DNA from: an uncultured delta proteobacterium
Lineage (GTDB): Bacteria > Desulfobacterota > Binatia > HRBIN30 > BPIQ01
NCBI GenBank assembly: GCA_963761335.1
Contig: CAVXGR010000004.1
Coordinates: forward strand, 64,001-128,000
Direction: 5' to 3'
Length of the DNA: 64,000 nucleotides
Shown: positions 1-10,932 of the stretch, one piece after another
Numbering within the stretch: position 1 is the stretch's first letter
Layout: every line of letters begins with the position of its first letter
Notes under the pieces: model-generated
The model's input: only the letters and a program-made list of their open reading frames with translations
Database searches by the model: none
What the model was told of the DNA's origin: nothing
Translations under genes and position numbers: made by a program

Positions 1-613
1 TGTAGGCGGCGAGGGAGAGATGCCAGCTGCCGAACATCTCGTAGAGATCGCGCAGATAGTGCGCCGCCGCGCGCGTCGACTTGACGGGGTCACGCCGCTC
101 GTCGACGTAGCGGTCGATGCGCAGGCCGTAGCGGCGTCCGGTCTCGCGAATGAACTGCCAGGGGCCCACCGCGCCGGCGCGCGACACCGCCTCGGGGCGA
201 AAGCCGCTCTCGATGATCGGCAGGTAGGCGAGCTCGGTCGGCATGCCCTCCTCGCGGAGAATCGCGGTGATCTCCGGCAGGTACTTGCCGGAGCGATCGA
301 GGGCATTCTGAAAGAAGTTGCGGGAGCGGGTCTCGAAGGTTTCGACGAAATCGTTGACGCGGGGATGATCGACGCTGAACTCGGGGTCGGAGGGTCTGAC
401 TTTCTTCCAGCTGAGCTGATTGGACGCCTGGCTCGAGTTCGGTGTCCCGTCGGGAGCGCGCATGTTCCACGTTCCCTCGAGCTTCGCCGCGGGCGGGTTC
501 TTGGGGTGACCGAGCCTTCCCACCAGCGGAATGGACGCCGTGCAACCGGAAATGAATGTCAGTGTGATGACCGCCGCCAGGAAGCGGCGCGGGAAACGCG
601 GTAGGCTCCGCAT
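1..613 (-). CDS. mltD: Lytic transglycosylase (MltD-like SLT domain), lipoprotein; 3' part runs off the window
   Basis: Manual translation from ATG 613: [24 protein letters not shown] (lipobox) ... [82 protein letters not shown], typical MltD catalytic motifs. Not in the ORF track because the stop is outside the window. Confidence 0.85.
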   Translation of the reverse strand, partial: MRSLPRFPRRFLAAVITLTFISGCTASIPLVGRLGHPKNPPAAKLEGTWNMRAPDGTPNSSQASNQLSWKKVRPSDPEFSVDHPRVNDFVETFETRSRNFFQNALDRSGKYLPEITAILREEGMPTELAYLPIIESGFRPEAVSRAGAVGPWQFIRETGRRYGLRIDRYVDERRDPVKSTRAAAHYLRDLYEMFGSWHLSLAAY

Positions 614-887
614 CGGTTCCTCCCTCCCTCTCACGTCCGTCGTCTGGGTGGGGAAGAGCCGCAGGCGCCCTCAGACGACTTCCCCATCATGTGTCTTCTG
701 TCGATTGTCTTGCTCCTGTCCCGCTCGCTGCCGTGGTCAGCTCACGATGCGCTCCGGAACCAACGACCCCGAAAGGACATATTCGCTCTCACCATCGAAA
801 TCAAGTGTTAATGCTCCGGTAAACAGATCGTTCAAGAAGTTTCCCCGGCGTTTGCACCTCGCTGATGCTTCGAGTACGCCGGCTCTG

Positions 888-1802
<915 letters not shown>

Positions 1803-1975
1803 GCGCGCCGCGGGCGCCGGGTGCCGTTTCCCGGCGCCAACAGAGGGAACAGCGTTACCAGTTTGCCAGCCGGTGACTTGCGGGACTGCAATTCATCTGG
1901 CGGGTGTCGGAGAGCGAGGGCTCGTTTTTTCAGGGATATGGAGCCACCAAGAGTCGACCGCTCCCTGGCGCGGCA

Positions 1976-1992
1976 ATGGCACGTAAACTGCT
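1976..1992 (+). promoter_or_regulatory. Candidate sigma-54 (-24/-12) promoter
   Basis: TGGCACGTAAACTGCT: GG(1978-1979)-N10-GC(1990-1991), upstream of ATG 2015. Confidence 0.55.
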
Positions 1993-2014
1993 CCAAAACG
2001 GCTCGAAGATCCGT

Positions 2015-5000
2015 ATGAAGCAGCTCGATCTCGGCATACCGTCCCGCAGTCGCTCCACCGCCATCACCCCGGTGCTCGCCTCCCTGCGCTCCCACTTCCG
2101 CGGATCGCTGGCCCTGGTGCTTCTGCTGAGCGGCGTCCTCGGAGTCTTCGCTCCGCGCTCCGCGCTCGCCACTTCGATCATCGCCATGAGCGATCAGCAG
2201 CTGGCGCTGTCCTCGGCCTATGTGGTCACCGGCACGGTGGTGAGCATCGAGTCGGCGGCTGAGCCGGATCAACCGATCTATACCTACATCGACATCGCGC
2301 CCGAGAGGGTCCTGAAGGGCAATCTGCCGCTCGAGACCTTCTTTCTCAAGGAGCTCGGCGGCGCGGTCGACGGACGGCAGGAGTGGATCTTTGGCTCGCC
2401 GGAGTACTCCGTCGGCGAGCACGTGCTCCTCTTCATCGACCAGCGCCGCGACGGCACGCTGCGCACCTCGCAGCTGTCGCTCGGAAAGTTCATCCTGGCG
2501 ACGGACGCGTCCGGGAATCAGACGGTGCAGCAAGACATCGGCTACGGCGCCAGCGTCTACACGGCGTTCGACGGGAGCTTTCAGCCGAGCGCCGCTCCGC
2601 AGGCGGAGATGCTCTCGGACATGATCGACACGATCGACAGCGTCGCCGAGGACAGCACCGGTCCGTACAGCGCTCCGGAGACGGTTCCCGCGGAGGTCTG
2701 GCAGGACATTCCCCGCGAGTTCCGCGACTCGTACGTCTTTCTCGGTAGCCCGTCTCGATGGTTCGACTCCGACAACGGCGGTACGGTCTATTACAGCGTC
2801 GATTCCACGGGCGACTCGAAGCTCGGCCTGACCTCGTCGCGCGCCGCGGTCGACAGCGCCCTGGCCGCCTGGACCGACGTATCCACCGCCAGCCTGAAGC
2901 TCGCGGACGGTGGCCTGACGTCGCCGGTCCCCTTCAACGGCTGCAGCGGCGTCAATCGAGTGATTTTCAACGACCCGTACAACGACGTGCAGGACCCGTC
3001 CGGTTGTGCCGGGACTCTCGCCATCGGCGGCTTCTGCAGCACGTACAACACCAAGACGATCAATGGCACCGTTTTCAACCAGATCACTTTTGGAAAGGTG
3101 ACCTTCAACAACGGCTGGAGCGCCTGCTCGGGCTGGACCCAGTGCAACGTGGCGGAAGTGGCGACCCACGAGCTCGGACACACGATCGGCTTCGGCCATT
3201 CCGCCGACAACGACTCCATCATGCGCGCCTACGCGCATTTCGACGGTCGCTGCGCCACCCTCGCCGCTGACGACATCGCCGCCGTCACCTTCGCCTATCC
3301 GCTGATGGGCACGCCGGCTCCGACCAGCACCTTCACTGTCTCGCCGACGCCGACGATCACGCCGACGCGCACGCTGACGCCGCTACCGCCGACGGCGACA
3401 CCGACGAAGACGCCGACTCGTACCGTGACGCCGACGATCACGCGCACCTCGACCCCGACGCAGACGCCGACGCGCACCGCCACACCGTCGCGAACACCCA
3501 CATCGACGCTCACCCCCACCAGGACGCCGACGCAGACGCCGGTGCCGCCGACGGCGACGCGCACCAACTCGCCGGCACCGACCTCGACACGTACCAGCGT
3601 GCCGACGTCGACGAGCTCGGCGACCGCCACAGGGACGGCCACTCCGGCGCCGCCGACGCTGACGCCGACGACGACCCACACGGCGGCGCCGACGTCCACC
3701 GCCACGCACACGGCGACACCAACCCACACCGTGCCGGCGACGCCGACCGGAACCAACACGACCGTGCCGACGGTGACGCAGACGAATACCGCCGTACCAA
3801 CGGCGACGCAGACGAATACCGGCGTACCGACGGCGACCCGAACCAATACGGCGGTGCCGCCGACGCTGACCCACACTCCGGTGCCGACGCTGACCTCCAC
3901 GGCGGTGCCGCCGACGCTGACCCACACTCCGGTGCCGACGCTGACCTCCACGGCGGTGCCGCCGACGCTGACCCACACTCCGGTGCCGACGCTGACCTTC
4001 ACGTCAGTGCCGCCGACGCTGACCCACACACCGGTGCCGACGCTGACCTTCACGGCGGTGCCACCGACACTGACCCGGACCTCCGTGCCCTCTTCGACGC
4101 GCACGGCGACGGCCCTGCCGAGCAGCACACCGACGACCTCGTCCGGCGGAACCGTCGACCTGGCACTCGGCCAGTCGGCGTCGCAGTCGAGCACCCTCGC
4201 CGGAAGCGCCGCGAGCCGCGCCGTCGACGGCAACACCGACGGCAACTGGTCCGCCAGCTCGGTGACCCACACCGACTACGACTACAACGCCTGGTGGCAG
4301 GTCGACCTCGGCTCCGTGCAGCCGATCTCCAGCATCGACATCTGGCCGCGCACGGATTGTTGCTCCAGCCGCCTCTCGGCCTTCTACGTCTTCGTGTCCG
4401 ACACCCCCTTCATCTCGACCTCGGTCAGTACGACCCTGGTGCAGCCCGGTGTCTCGGCTTATTACATGGCCGGTGCCGCGGTCGACGTCACCTCGTTCGG
4501 CATTGGGCGCACCGGGCGCTACGTCCGCGTTCAGCTGAGCGGCGATAACTATCTCTCCCTCGCCGAGGTGCAGGTCTGGAAGGCCGACGGCGCGTTCCCA
4601 CCGACGGCGACGGCGACCCCGGGCAGCACCTCGGAGAACCTGGCGGAAGGGCAGGCGGCGTCGCAGTCGAGCACCATCGTCGGGGCCGACGCCTCGCGCG
4701 CCGTGGACGGCTCCTTCGACGGGAACTTCAACGACGGCTCCGTCACCCACACCAACAACGACGCGCAGGCATGGTGGCAGGTCGACCTCGGCGCCGTTGC
4801 CGACATCAGCTCCATCGACGTGTGGCCGCGCACCGACTGCTGCAGCGATCGCTTGAGCGACTTCTACGTCTTCGTTTCCGACACCCCCTTCACCTCGAAC
4901 GGCGTGCTGCAGACGCTGGCTCAGAGCGGTGTCTCGAGCTACTTCCACTCCGGCATCTCCGATGAGCCGACGCAGGTGGTGGTTGGCCGCAGCGGTCGCT

Positions 5001-6166
5001 ACGTGCGCGTGCAGCTGAGCGGACAGAACTATCTCTCCCTGGCCGAGGTTCAGGTCTGGGGAGCCATCGACGGCGGCTCGGGCTCGACACCGACGCCCAC
5101 CTCGGCGGCGGTGCCGACCGACACGCCGGCGGGCGGCGGTGACGACATCGCCTTCGGCAAGGCGGTGACCCAGTCGAGCACCGGCTTCGGGGGCGTGCCG
5201 GAGCGCGCCGCCGACGGCAACACCGACGGCAACTGGGCGGACGGCTCCGTCACGCACACGCTGCTGGATACCAATCCCTGGTGGCAGGTCGATCTCGGCG
5301 CCGTGGAGCCGGTCGGCACCATCGACATCTGGCCGCGCACCGACTGCTGCGGCGACCGCCTCGCGGCCTTCTGGGTGTTCGTCTCGCAGGAGCCGTTCAC
5401 CTCGGGCGATCTCAATACGACCCTGGGCCAGCCGGGTGTGCTGTCGTACTTTCACGAGGCGGCCGCCGGCATGCCGACGACGATCGACGTCTATGACCTC
5501 GGTCGCTACGTGCGCGTACAGCTGAGCTCCACCGACTACCTGTCTCTCACCGAGGTGCAGGTGTGGCGCGATCAGGGCGGCGGCGAGCCGCCGACGCCGA
5601 CCTTCACGCCGACTCCGACACCGACGTCGGCCAGCGGCGATCTCGCCCTCGGCGCCGCGGCATCCCAGTCGAGCACGCTGGATGGTGCGGTGGCCTCGCG
5701 GGGCGTCGACGGCGACACCAACGGCGCCTGGTCACACGGCTCGATCACGCACACGCAGCTCGATGCCCAGGCCTGGTGGGAGGTCGACCTCGGCGCCGTC
5801 GAGGCGCTCGACTCGGTCGACGTCTGGGGCCGCACCGACTGCTGCGCCGACCGGCTGAGCGACTTCTACGTGCTGGTCTCGGATGTGCCGTTCGCATCCA
5901 CCGATCTCTCGGCGACGCTGGCGCAGAGCGGGGTGAGGAGCTTCCACGTTCCCGGCCAGGTCGGCAGCCCGACGACGCTCGCGGTCGGCGGCACGGGCCG
6001 CTACGTGCGCGTGCAGCTGAGCGGCACGAGTTACCTGTCGCTCGCCGAGGTGCAGGTATGGCAGGCGGCGGCGCCGTCGCAGGTCGCCCCTGCGGTGCGC
6101 CCGAAGCGCCCCCACAGCCCCCATCGAGTGAAGAGCGCCGTTCGCCCCCGCCCCCGTCACCGGTAA
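2015..6166 (+). CDS. Secreted matrixin (M10-like) metalloprotease with Pro/Thr-rich stalk and four F-type lectin (fucolectin/FTP) domains
   Basis: Signal peptide, [11 protein letters not shown] zinc motif with Met-turn (DSIMRA), roughly 280-aa T/P-rich linker, four repeats each with H-x26-R-T-D-x4-R and WW(Q/E)VDLG. Start uncertain (1976 or 2015). Confidence 0.88.
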   Translation: MKQLDLGIPSRSRSTAITPVLASLRSHFRGSLALVLLLSGVLGVFAPRSALATSIIAMSDQQLALSSAYVVTGTVVSIESAAEPDQPIYTYIDIAPERVLKGNLPLETFFLKELGGAVDGRQEWIFGSPEYSVGEHVLLFIDQRRDGTLRTSQLSLGKFILATDASGNQTVQQDIGYGASVYTAFDGSFQPSAAPQAEMLSDMIDTIDSVAEDSTGPYSAPETVPAEVWQDIPREFRDSYVFLGSPSRWFDSDNGGTVYYSVDSTGDSKLGLTSSRAAVDSALAAWTDVSTASLKLADGGLTSPVPFNGCSGVNRVIFNDPYNDVQDPSGCAGTLAIGGFCSTYNTKTINGTVFNQITFGKVTFNNGWSACSGWTQCNVAEVATHELGHTIGFGHSADNDSIMRAYAHFDGRCATLAADDIAAVTFAYPLMGTPAPTSTFTVSPTPTITPTRTLTPLPPTATPTKTPTRTVTPTITRTSTPTQTPTRTATPSRTPTSTLTPTRTPTQTPVPPTATRTNSPAPTSTRTSVPTSTSSATATGTATPAPPTLTPTTTHTAAPTSTATHTATPTHTVPATPTGTNTTVPTVTQTNTAVPTATQTNTGVPTATRTNTAVPPTLTHTPVPTLTSTAVPPTLTHTPVPTLTSTAVPPTLTHTPVPTLTFTSVPPTLTHTPVPTLTFTAVPPTLTRTSVPSSTRTATALPSSTPTTSSGGTVDLALGQSASQSSTLAGSAASRAVDGNTDGNWSASSVTHTDYDYNAWWQVDLGSVQPISSIDIWPRTDCCSSRLSAFYVFVSDTPFISTSVSTTLVQPGVSAYYMAGAAVDVTSFGIGRTGRYVRVQLSGDNYLSLAEVQVWKADGAFPPTATATPGSTSENLAEGQAASQSSTIVGADASRAVDGSFDGNFNDGSVTHTNNDAQAWWQVDLGAVADISSIDVWPRTDCCSDRLSDFYVFVSDTPFTSNGVLQTLAQSGVSSYFHSGISDEPTQVVVGRSGRYVRVQLSGQNYLSLAEVQVWGAIDGGSGSTPTPTSAAVPTDTPAGGGDDIAFGKAVTQSSTGFGGVPERAADGNTDGNWADGSVTHTLLDTNPWWQVDLGAVEPVGTIDIWPRTDCCGDRLAAFWVFVSQEPFTSGDLNTTLGQPGVLSYFHEAAAGMPTTIDVYDLGRYVRVQLSSTDYLSLTEVQVWRDQGGGEPPTPTFTPTPTPTSASGDLALGAAASQSSTLDGAVASRGVDGDTNGAWSHGSITHTQLDAQAWWEVDLGAVEALDSVDVWGRTDCCADRLSDFYVLVSDVPFASTDLSATLAQSGVRSFHVPGQVGSPTTLAVGGTGRYVRVQLSGTSYLSLAEVQVWQAAAPSQVAPAVRPKRPHSPHRVKSAVRPRPRHR
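3848..4075 (+). repeat. 51-bp coding tandem repeat ([16 protein letters not shown][S/F]), about 4.5 copies
   Basis: Near-identical GCGGTGCCGCCGACGCTGACCCACACTCCGGTGCCGACGCTGACCT units. Confidence 0.85.
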
Positions 6167-6246
6167 TCGGGGACAACCGAGACGCCGCTTCGAAAATCTG
6201 TTGGGTGAAGGTCTGGCGGAGCCTCGGCACTTGGTGTGGAGCTCAT

Positions 6247-6514
6247 CGCCCCGGAGGGGCGCGGGCATGTAGCCCCGGGTGTTAACCCGGGGACTGCGTT
6301 CCGATTGGCCCAGATCAGCGCCCCGGAGGGGCGCAGGCGTAGAGGCCGCGTCAATCACGTCCATGAGCCTCCCATGCACCCCAGCGGTGATCATCGGCGT
6401 ACAGGCGCGGCATCGACGAAAATCTGCCCGCGCCCCTGGCGGGGCGCCTATGACGGACCGTGCATTTTTCCCCGGGTTTCACCCGGGGCTACACGCCACC
6501 GGCCCTCCGGGGCG
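6247..6514. repeat. Inverted pair of GTAG-type REP-like palindromes (REPIN-like)
   Basis: GTAG-CCCCGGG-tgttaa-CCCGGGG at 6269-6292 and an inverted copy CCCCGGG-tttca-CCCGGGG-CTAC at 6470-6492, with CGCCCC..GGGGCG hairpins; same family at 46490-46650. Confidence 0.75.
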
Positions 6515-6621
6515 AATTCGCCGAGGCCAGAACCGGCAAATCTCTTCCCGGTCAGAACCCTGGCCTCATTTTCATCGTCTGCTGGCGAGCCGCAAGGCTC
6601 ATGACGCACTGCTTCTACATT

Positions 6622-6690
6622 CGGGGTGTTGAGGTGTTGGCTGTTGGGGGCCCCTCAACACCTCAACACCTCAACACCGAGCACCTCAAC
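6622..6690. repeat. Inverted array of 8-bp repeats (GGTGTTGA / CCTCAACA)
   Basis: ggtgttgaggtgttggctgttgggggcccctcaacacctcaacacctcaacacc. Confidence 0.8.
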
Positions 6691-6704
6691 CCCCGATCAT
6701 TCTC

Positions 6705-6837
6705 ATTCTCATTCCCGGTCCTCATTCCGTCGTTCTCCATTGTCCTGCGAGGCGGCTGAGAATCGATGAGCTCCCGGGCCACGCGCGGCTGTCAGAGCGA
6801 ATGGAAAACGACGGAACGAGAACCGGGAATGAGAATG
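6705..6837. repeat. MITE-like element with about 37-bp imperfect terminal inverted repeats, copy 1
   Basis: attctcattcccggtcctcattccgtcgttctccatt ... aatggaaaacgacggaacgagaaccgggaatgagaat; related copy at 18581-18722. Confidence 0.7.
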
Positions 6838-6907
6838 GCCACAAGAATGGCCCGCCACCTTGCCCACCCATCGCCGCTGCGCTAGCAGAGGGGGCGGGGG
6901 AGGATCG

Positions 6908-8122
6908 ATGAGCAAGGTCGTGGTTCTCGGCGGCTGCGGTGCCGTCGGCAGTGTCGCGGCGCGCACCTTGGCGGCGCGCCCGGAGTTCGAGCAGGTGGTG
7001 ATCGGCGATATGAACGCCGAGCGCGCCGCGCAGCTGGCCGCGGAGCTGGGCAGCAAGGTCTCGGTCGCCGAGGTCGACGCCGGCAGCGCCGCCAGCGTGC
7101 GGCGGGCAATCGCCGGCAGCGACGTCGTCCTCAACTGCGTCGGCCCCTTCTACAAGACGGTCAAGACCGTGCTCGGGGCGGTGATCGAGGAGCGGCTGAG
7201 CTACGTCGACATCTGCGACGACGCCGACGTGACTCTCGAGATTCTCGGCATGGACAGCGCTGCCAAGAGCGCCGGCATCACCGCGCTGATCGGCATGGGC
7301 GCCTCACCGGGCGCCACCAATCTGCTGGCCAAGTACATCGCCGACACGCAGCTCGACGAGACCGACTCGATCGACATCTTCCACTGCCATGGAGGCGAGC
7401 CGATCGAGGGCCCCGGCGTCATCGGCCACCGCTTCCACTGCATGAGCATCGAGATCCCCATGTTCCTCGACGGCAAGCTGGTTCACGTCGACTACTTCGG
7501 CGAGGACGGCATCGCCCTGCGCCAGACGTTCGACTTTCCCGTGCTCGGGCCGACGCCGATCTTTCCCTATCCGCATCCCGAGCAGCTGACGCTGCCGCGC
7601 TTCCTGAATGTGCGTCAGGTGACCAACAAGGGCTCGGTGCTGCCGATCGACTACTATCAGCTGACCGCGGAGCTGTGCCGTCTCGGCCTCTCCAGCCGCG
7701 AGCCGCTCGAGGTCGGTAGCCAATCGGTGGTGCCCTATGACTTCGCCGTCGCCTATCTCATTCGCGAGCGCGAGCGCCTGCTGCGCGAGGCGAAGTTTGG
7801 ATCGCAGCGCGGCTGCATGTCGGTGGTCGTCAAGGGCCGCAAGGACGGCGCGCCGCGCGAGGTGCGGGTGCACATGGCCTCGCGCGAGAGCGGCCTCGGC
7901 GAAGGGACGGGCATTCCCGCCGCGCTCGGGGTGATGCTCATGCAGCGCGGCAGCATCACCGCCAAAGGCGTGCTGCCGCCCGAGGGCTGCGTCGATCCGG
8001 CGGAGTTCATCGCCCTGTCGACCGAGGTGATGCTCGGCACGCGCCGCGGTGGCAAGAGCTCGACGGCGATCTTCTTCGAGACCGTCAGCGCCGACGGCTC
8101 GGTGAGCCGCATGGAGATCTGA
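6908..8122 (+). CDS. Saccharopine dehydrogenase family oxidoreductase
   Basis: MSKVVVLGGCGAVG Rossmann motif, NCVGPFY, YVDICDD, GMGASPGATN, KGVLPPEG. Confidence 0.88.
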   Translation: MSKVVVLGGCGAVGSVAARTLAARPEFEQVVIGDMNAERAAQLAAELGSKVSVAEVDAGSAASVRRAIAGSDVVLNCVGPFYKTVKTVLGAVIEERLSYVDICDDADVTLEILGMDSAAKSAGITALIGMGASPGATNLLAKYIADTQLDETDSIDIFHCHGGEPIEGPGVIGHRFHCMSIEIPMFLDGKLVHVDYFGEDGIALRQTFDFPVLGPTPIFPYPHPEQLTLPRFLNVRQVTNKGSVLPIDYYQLTAELCRLGLSSREPLEVGSQSVVPYDFAVAYLIRERERLLREAKFGSQRGCMSVVVKGRKDGAPREVRVHMASRESGLGEGTGIPAALGVMLMQRGSITAKGVLPPEGCVDPAEFIALSTEVMLGTRRGGKSSTAIFFETVSADGSVSRMEI

Positions 8123-8124
8123 CT

Positions 8125-9702
8125 CTGCCGGCTCTGGGGCGCTGCGTCCTCGCCATCGATCACGGCACCTCCGGCATCAAAGCAGCTCTGGTCTCGGCGC
8201 GCGGTGAGGTGGCCGATGCGGAGTTCGAGCCGACACCGATCCGCTTTCTTCCCGGCGGCGGTGCCGAGCAGGATGCCGGCGACTGGTGGCGGGCCCTGCT
8301 GGCTGCCGCCGGACGCATGCTGCGCCGCGGCGCCGTTGCCGCCGAGGCGATCGAAGCGGTGTGCGTCTCGAGCACCTTCTCGACCACCGTCGCCGTCGAC
8401 GCCGCCGGCGAGCCGGTGCTGCCGGCTCTCACCTGGATGGACTCCCGCGGCGCCCCCTACGTGCGCGAGGTCGTGGGGGGCTTTCCGAGCCTCCTCGGCT
8501 ACAACCTGCCGCGCGCCTGGAAATGGATCTCGCGGACCGCGGGTGTGCCTTCGCTCTCCGGCAAGGACGACGCCGCCCACGTTCTCTTCGTGCAGCGCGA
8601 GCGCCCCCGGGAGTACACGGGGACCCGGTATTTCCTGCCGAGCAAGGACTATCTGAACTCGAAGCTCACCGGGGAGATGGCGGCGTCGTTCGACTCGGTC
8701 CATCTGTTCTGGGTCACCGACGCGCGCGACCCGCGCCGCATCCGCTACGACGGCGAGCTGATCCGCATGCTGGGCATCGACGGCGAGAAGCTGCCGCCCC
8801 TGCGGCCGTCAAATGCCGTGCTCGGGACGCTGACTGCGGATTGTGCCGACGCCCTGGGCCTCGGCCGGGACGTGCAGGTGGTCATGGGGGCTCCCGATCA
8901 CCAGTGCGCCCTGATCGGCTCGGGCGGCGTGCGCGACTTCGACGGTCATCTGTACGTCGGCACCTCGTCGTGGATCGAATGCCCCGTGCCCTTCAAGAAG
9001 ACCGACGCGCTGCACTCGATCGCGTCCTTTCCGGCGGCCATGCCGGGGCGCTACCAGTGCATCAACGAGCAGGACCTCGCCGGCGGCGCCCTCGGCTTCT
9101 TCGCCGACAACCTGCTGCGGCGCAGCGCCGAGCTTCTCGGCGCGGATGTGACGGTCTCCTACGAGCACATCGACGAGATCGCCGCGGCAGTGGCGCCGGG
9201 GAGCGGCGGCGTTCTCTTTACACCGTGGCTCAACGGCGAGCGCACTCCGGTCGACGATCTCCAGGCGCGCGGCGGCTTTCACAACCTGTCGACGACGACG
9301 CGAATCGACGAGATGGCGCGCGCCGTCCTCGAAGGCGTGGCGCTCAATACCCGCTGGAGCCTCGGCTACGTCGAGCGCTTCGCCGGCCGCCGTCTGGAGC
9401 CGCTGCGCCTCGTCGGCGGCGGCGGGCGATCGCCTCTGTGGTCGCAGATCTTCGCGGATGTTCTCGATCGGGAGATTCACGTGGTCGAGAAGCCGCTTCA
9501 CGCCAACGCTCGCGGCGCCGCCTTCCTCGCCGCCGCCGGTCTGGGGTGGACGCGTTTCGAGGACATCCCCGGTCTGCTCTCCGCCGAGCGCGTGCACCGC
9601 CCCGATGCGGCTCGGCGGCGCACCTACGACGAGCTCTACGATGCCTTCGTCCGCCTCTACCGCGCCAACCGCGGAATTTATCGGAAGTTGAACGGGGGGT
9701 GA
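8125..9702 (+). CDS. FGGY-family carbohydrate kinase (xylulokinase-like)
   Basis: LAIDHGTSGIKAAL lies in frame upstream of the ORF-track start; also EQD..WW, WMDSRG, GTSSW, PWLNGERTP, RAVLEGVA, GGGGRSPLWSQIFADVL. Start is inferred (CTG 8119 or 8125). Confidence 0.85.
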   Translation: MPALGRCVLAIDHGTSGIKAALVSARGEVADAEFEPTPIRFLPGGGAEQDAGDWWRALLAAAGRMLRRGAVAAEAIEAVCVSSTFSTTVAVDAAGEPVLPALTWMDSRGAPYVREVVGGFPSLLGYNLPRAWKWISRTAGVPSLSGKDDAAHVLFVQRERPREYTGTRYFLPSKDYLNSKLTGEMAASFDSVHLFWVTDARDPRRIRYDGELIRMLGIDGEKLPPLRPSNAVLGTLTADCADALGLGRDVQVVMGAPDHQCALIGSGGVRDFDGHLYVGTSSWIECPVPFKKTDALHSIASFPAAMPGRYQCINEQDLAGGALGFFADNLLRRSAELLGADVTVSYEHIDEIAAAVAPGSGGVLFTPWLNGERTPVDDLQARGGFHNLSTTTRIDEMARAVLEGVALNTRWSLGYVERFAGRRLEPLRLVGGGGRSPLWSQIFADVLDREIHVVEKPLHANARGAAFLAAAGLGWTRFEDIPGLLSAERVHRPDAARRRTYDELYDAFVRLYRANRGIYRKLNGG

Positions 9703-9705
9703 GAG

Positions 9706-9866
9706 GGGACTGGCTCCTTTTCGGGCAACCGGCGCCGCATCAGAGGCTGACATCCGCCGCCGAAAGGGTGCCTGTCCCCCGCGCCCGCCCCATGGGGACA
9801 GGCAACTTTTGCGAGCCGCGGCCGTGTTGCCATTGCCATTGCGGGCGGCAAAAGTAGCCTGTCCCC
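9706..9866. repeat. Two tandem GGGGAC(A/T)GGC...GCCTGTCCCC palindromic repeats
   Basis: Units at about 9706-9779 and 9794-9866; same family at 18753-18828 and 28657-28736. Confidence 0.75.
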
Positions 9867-9910
9867 ACCGTCGATTGCCCCTCAGGAACCGCTGCGGTAT
9901 AGGCGGGGCA

Positions 9911-10930
9911 ATGTCGCGGTGGCGGGGGTTTATCGGGCTGGCATGCCTGGTGGTGATCGGCGCCTGTAGGCACGGCGGAGAGGCGCCCGCCTCGGCATCG
10001 CCGAAGGCGGCGGCCGCGGCGTTCAAGGTCGCCCTGCTGAGCCCCGGTCCGGTGAGCGACGCCGGCTGGAACGCCCTGGCGTACGAGGGACTGCTGCACA
10101 TTCGCGATCAGCTCGGCGCCCAGATCAGCCAGACGGAGACGAAGACTCCGGCGGAGTTCGAGGAGGGCTTTCGCGATTACGCCCGCCGCGGCTTCAACCT
10201 CATCTTCGGTCACGGATTCGAGTTCCAGGACGCCGCCGCGGCGGTGGCCCCCGATTTTCCCAAGACGGTGTTCATCACCACCTCCGGCAACACCGTGCGC
10301 CCCAACGTGGCGCCGATGCGCTTCATGCTCGAGGAGGCGACCTATCTCGAGGGAATGATGGCGGGGCTGATGTCGAAGAGCGGCAAGGCGGGCGCCGTCG
10401 GCGGCATGGAGATCCCCTCGGTGAAGAGCACGGTGCTGGCCTTCGAGGCGGGGGCGAAGGCGGTGCGCCCCGACTTCGTCGTGGTGCGCTCCTACATCGG
10501 CAACTGGGAGGACGTCGGCGCGGCCAAGGAAGCGACCCTGGCGCTGATCCAGCAGGGAGCGGATTTCCTCTTTCACAACGCCGATGCCGCCGGGCTCGGC
10601 GTCTTTCAGGCGGCGCAGGAGCAGCTGGCGCGTGGCCGGCGCGTCTACGTCTTCGGCGCCAACAAGGATCAGAACGGCGTCGCTCCCAACGTCGTCATCG
10701 CCAGCGCCGTCGCCGACATTCCCGGTGCCTTCGTGCAGGTGGCCCGGGAGGTGAAGTCGGGTCACTTCGTCGGCCACATCGAACGCAAAGGGATCGCCGA
10801 CGGCGTGGTCTCCCTGGTCTACAACCCCGCTCTCGAGGAGGCCATCCCGCCGCCGGTCAAGGCGCGAATCGCGGCGGCCCAGGCCGACATCGTCGCCGGT
10901 CGCCTCGAGGTGCCCACGGCCGAATTCTAG
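9911..10930 (+). CDS. BMP-family ABC transporter substrate-binding lipoprotein (nucleoside type)
   Basis: Lipobox VIGAC, SPGPVSDAGWNALAYEG, IFGHGFEF; first gene of the ABC operon. Confidence 0.9.
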   Translation: MSRWRGFIGLACLVVIGACRHGGEAPASASPKAAAAAFKVALLSPGPVSDAGWNALAYEGLLHIRDQLGAQISQTETKTPAEFEEGFRDYARRGFNLIFGHGFEFQDAAAAVAPDFPKTVFITTSGNTVRPNVAPMRFMLEEATYLEGMMAGLMSKSGKAGAVGGMEIPSVKSTVLAFEAGAKAVRPDFVVVRSYIGNWEDVGAAKEATLALIQQGADFLFHNADAAGLGVFQAAQEQLARGRRVYVFGANKDQNGVAPNVVIASAVADIPGAFVQVAREVKSGHFVGHIERKGIADGVVSLVYNPALEEAIPPPVKARIAAAQADIVAGRLEVPTAEF

Positions 10931-10932
10931 CT

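Noticed and set aside
20..604. Plus-strand 194-aa ORF and similar long Arg/Ala-rich alternate-frame ORFs throughout
   Set aside because: High-GC shadow ORFs overlapping genes with clear family motifs.
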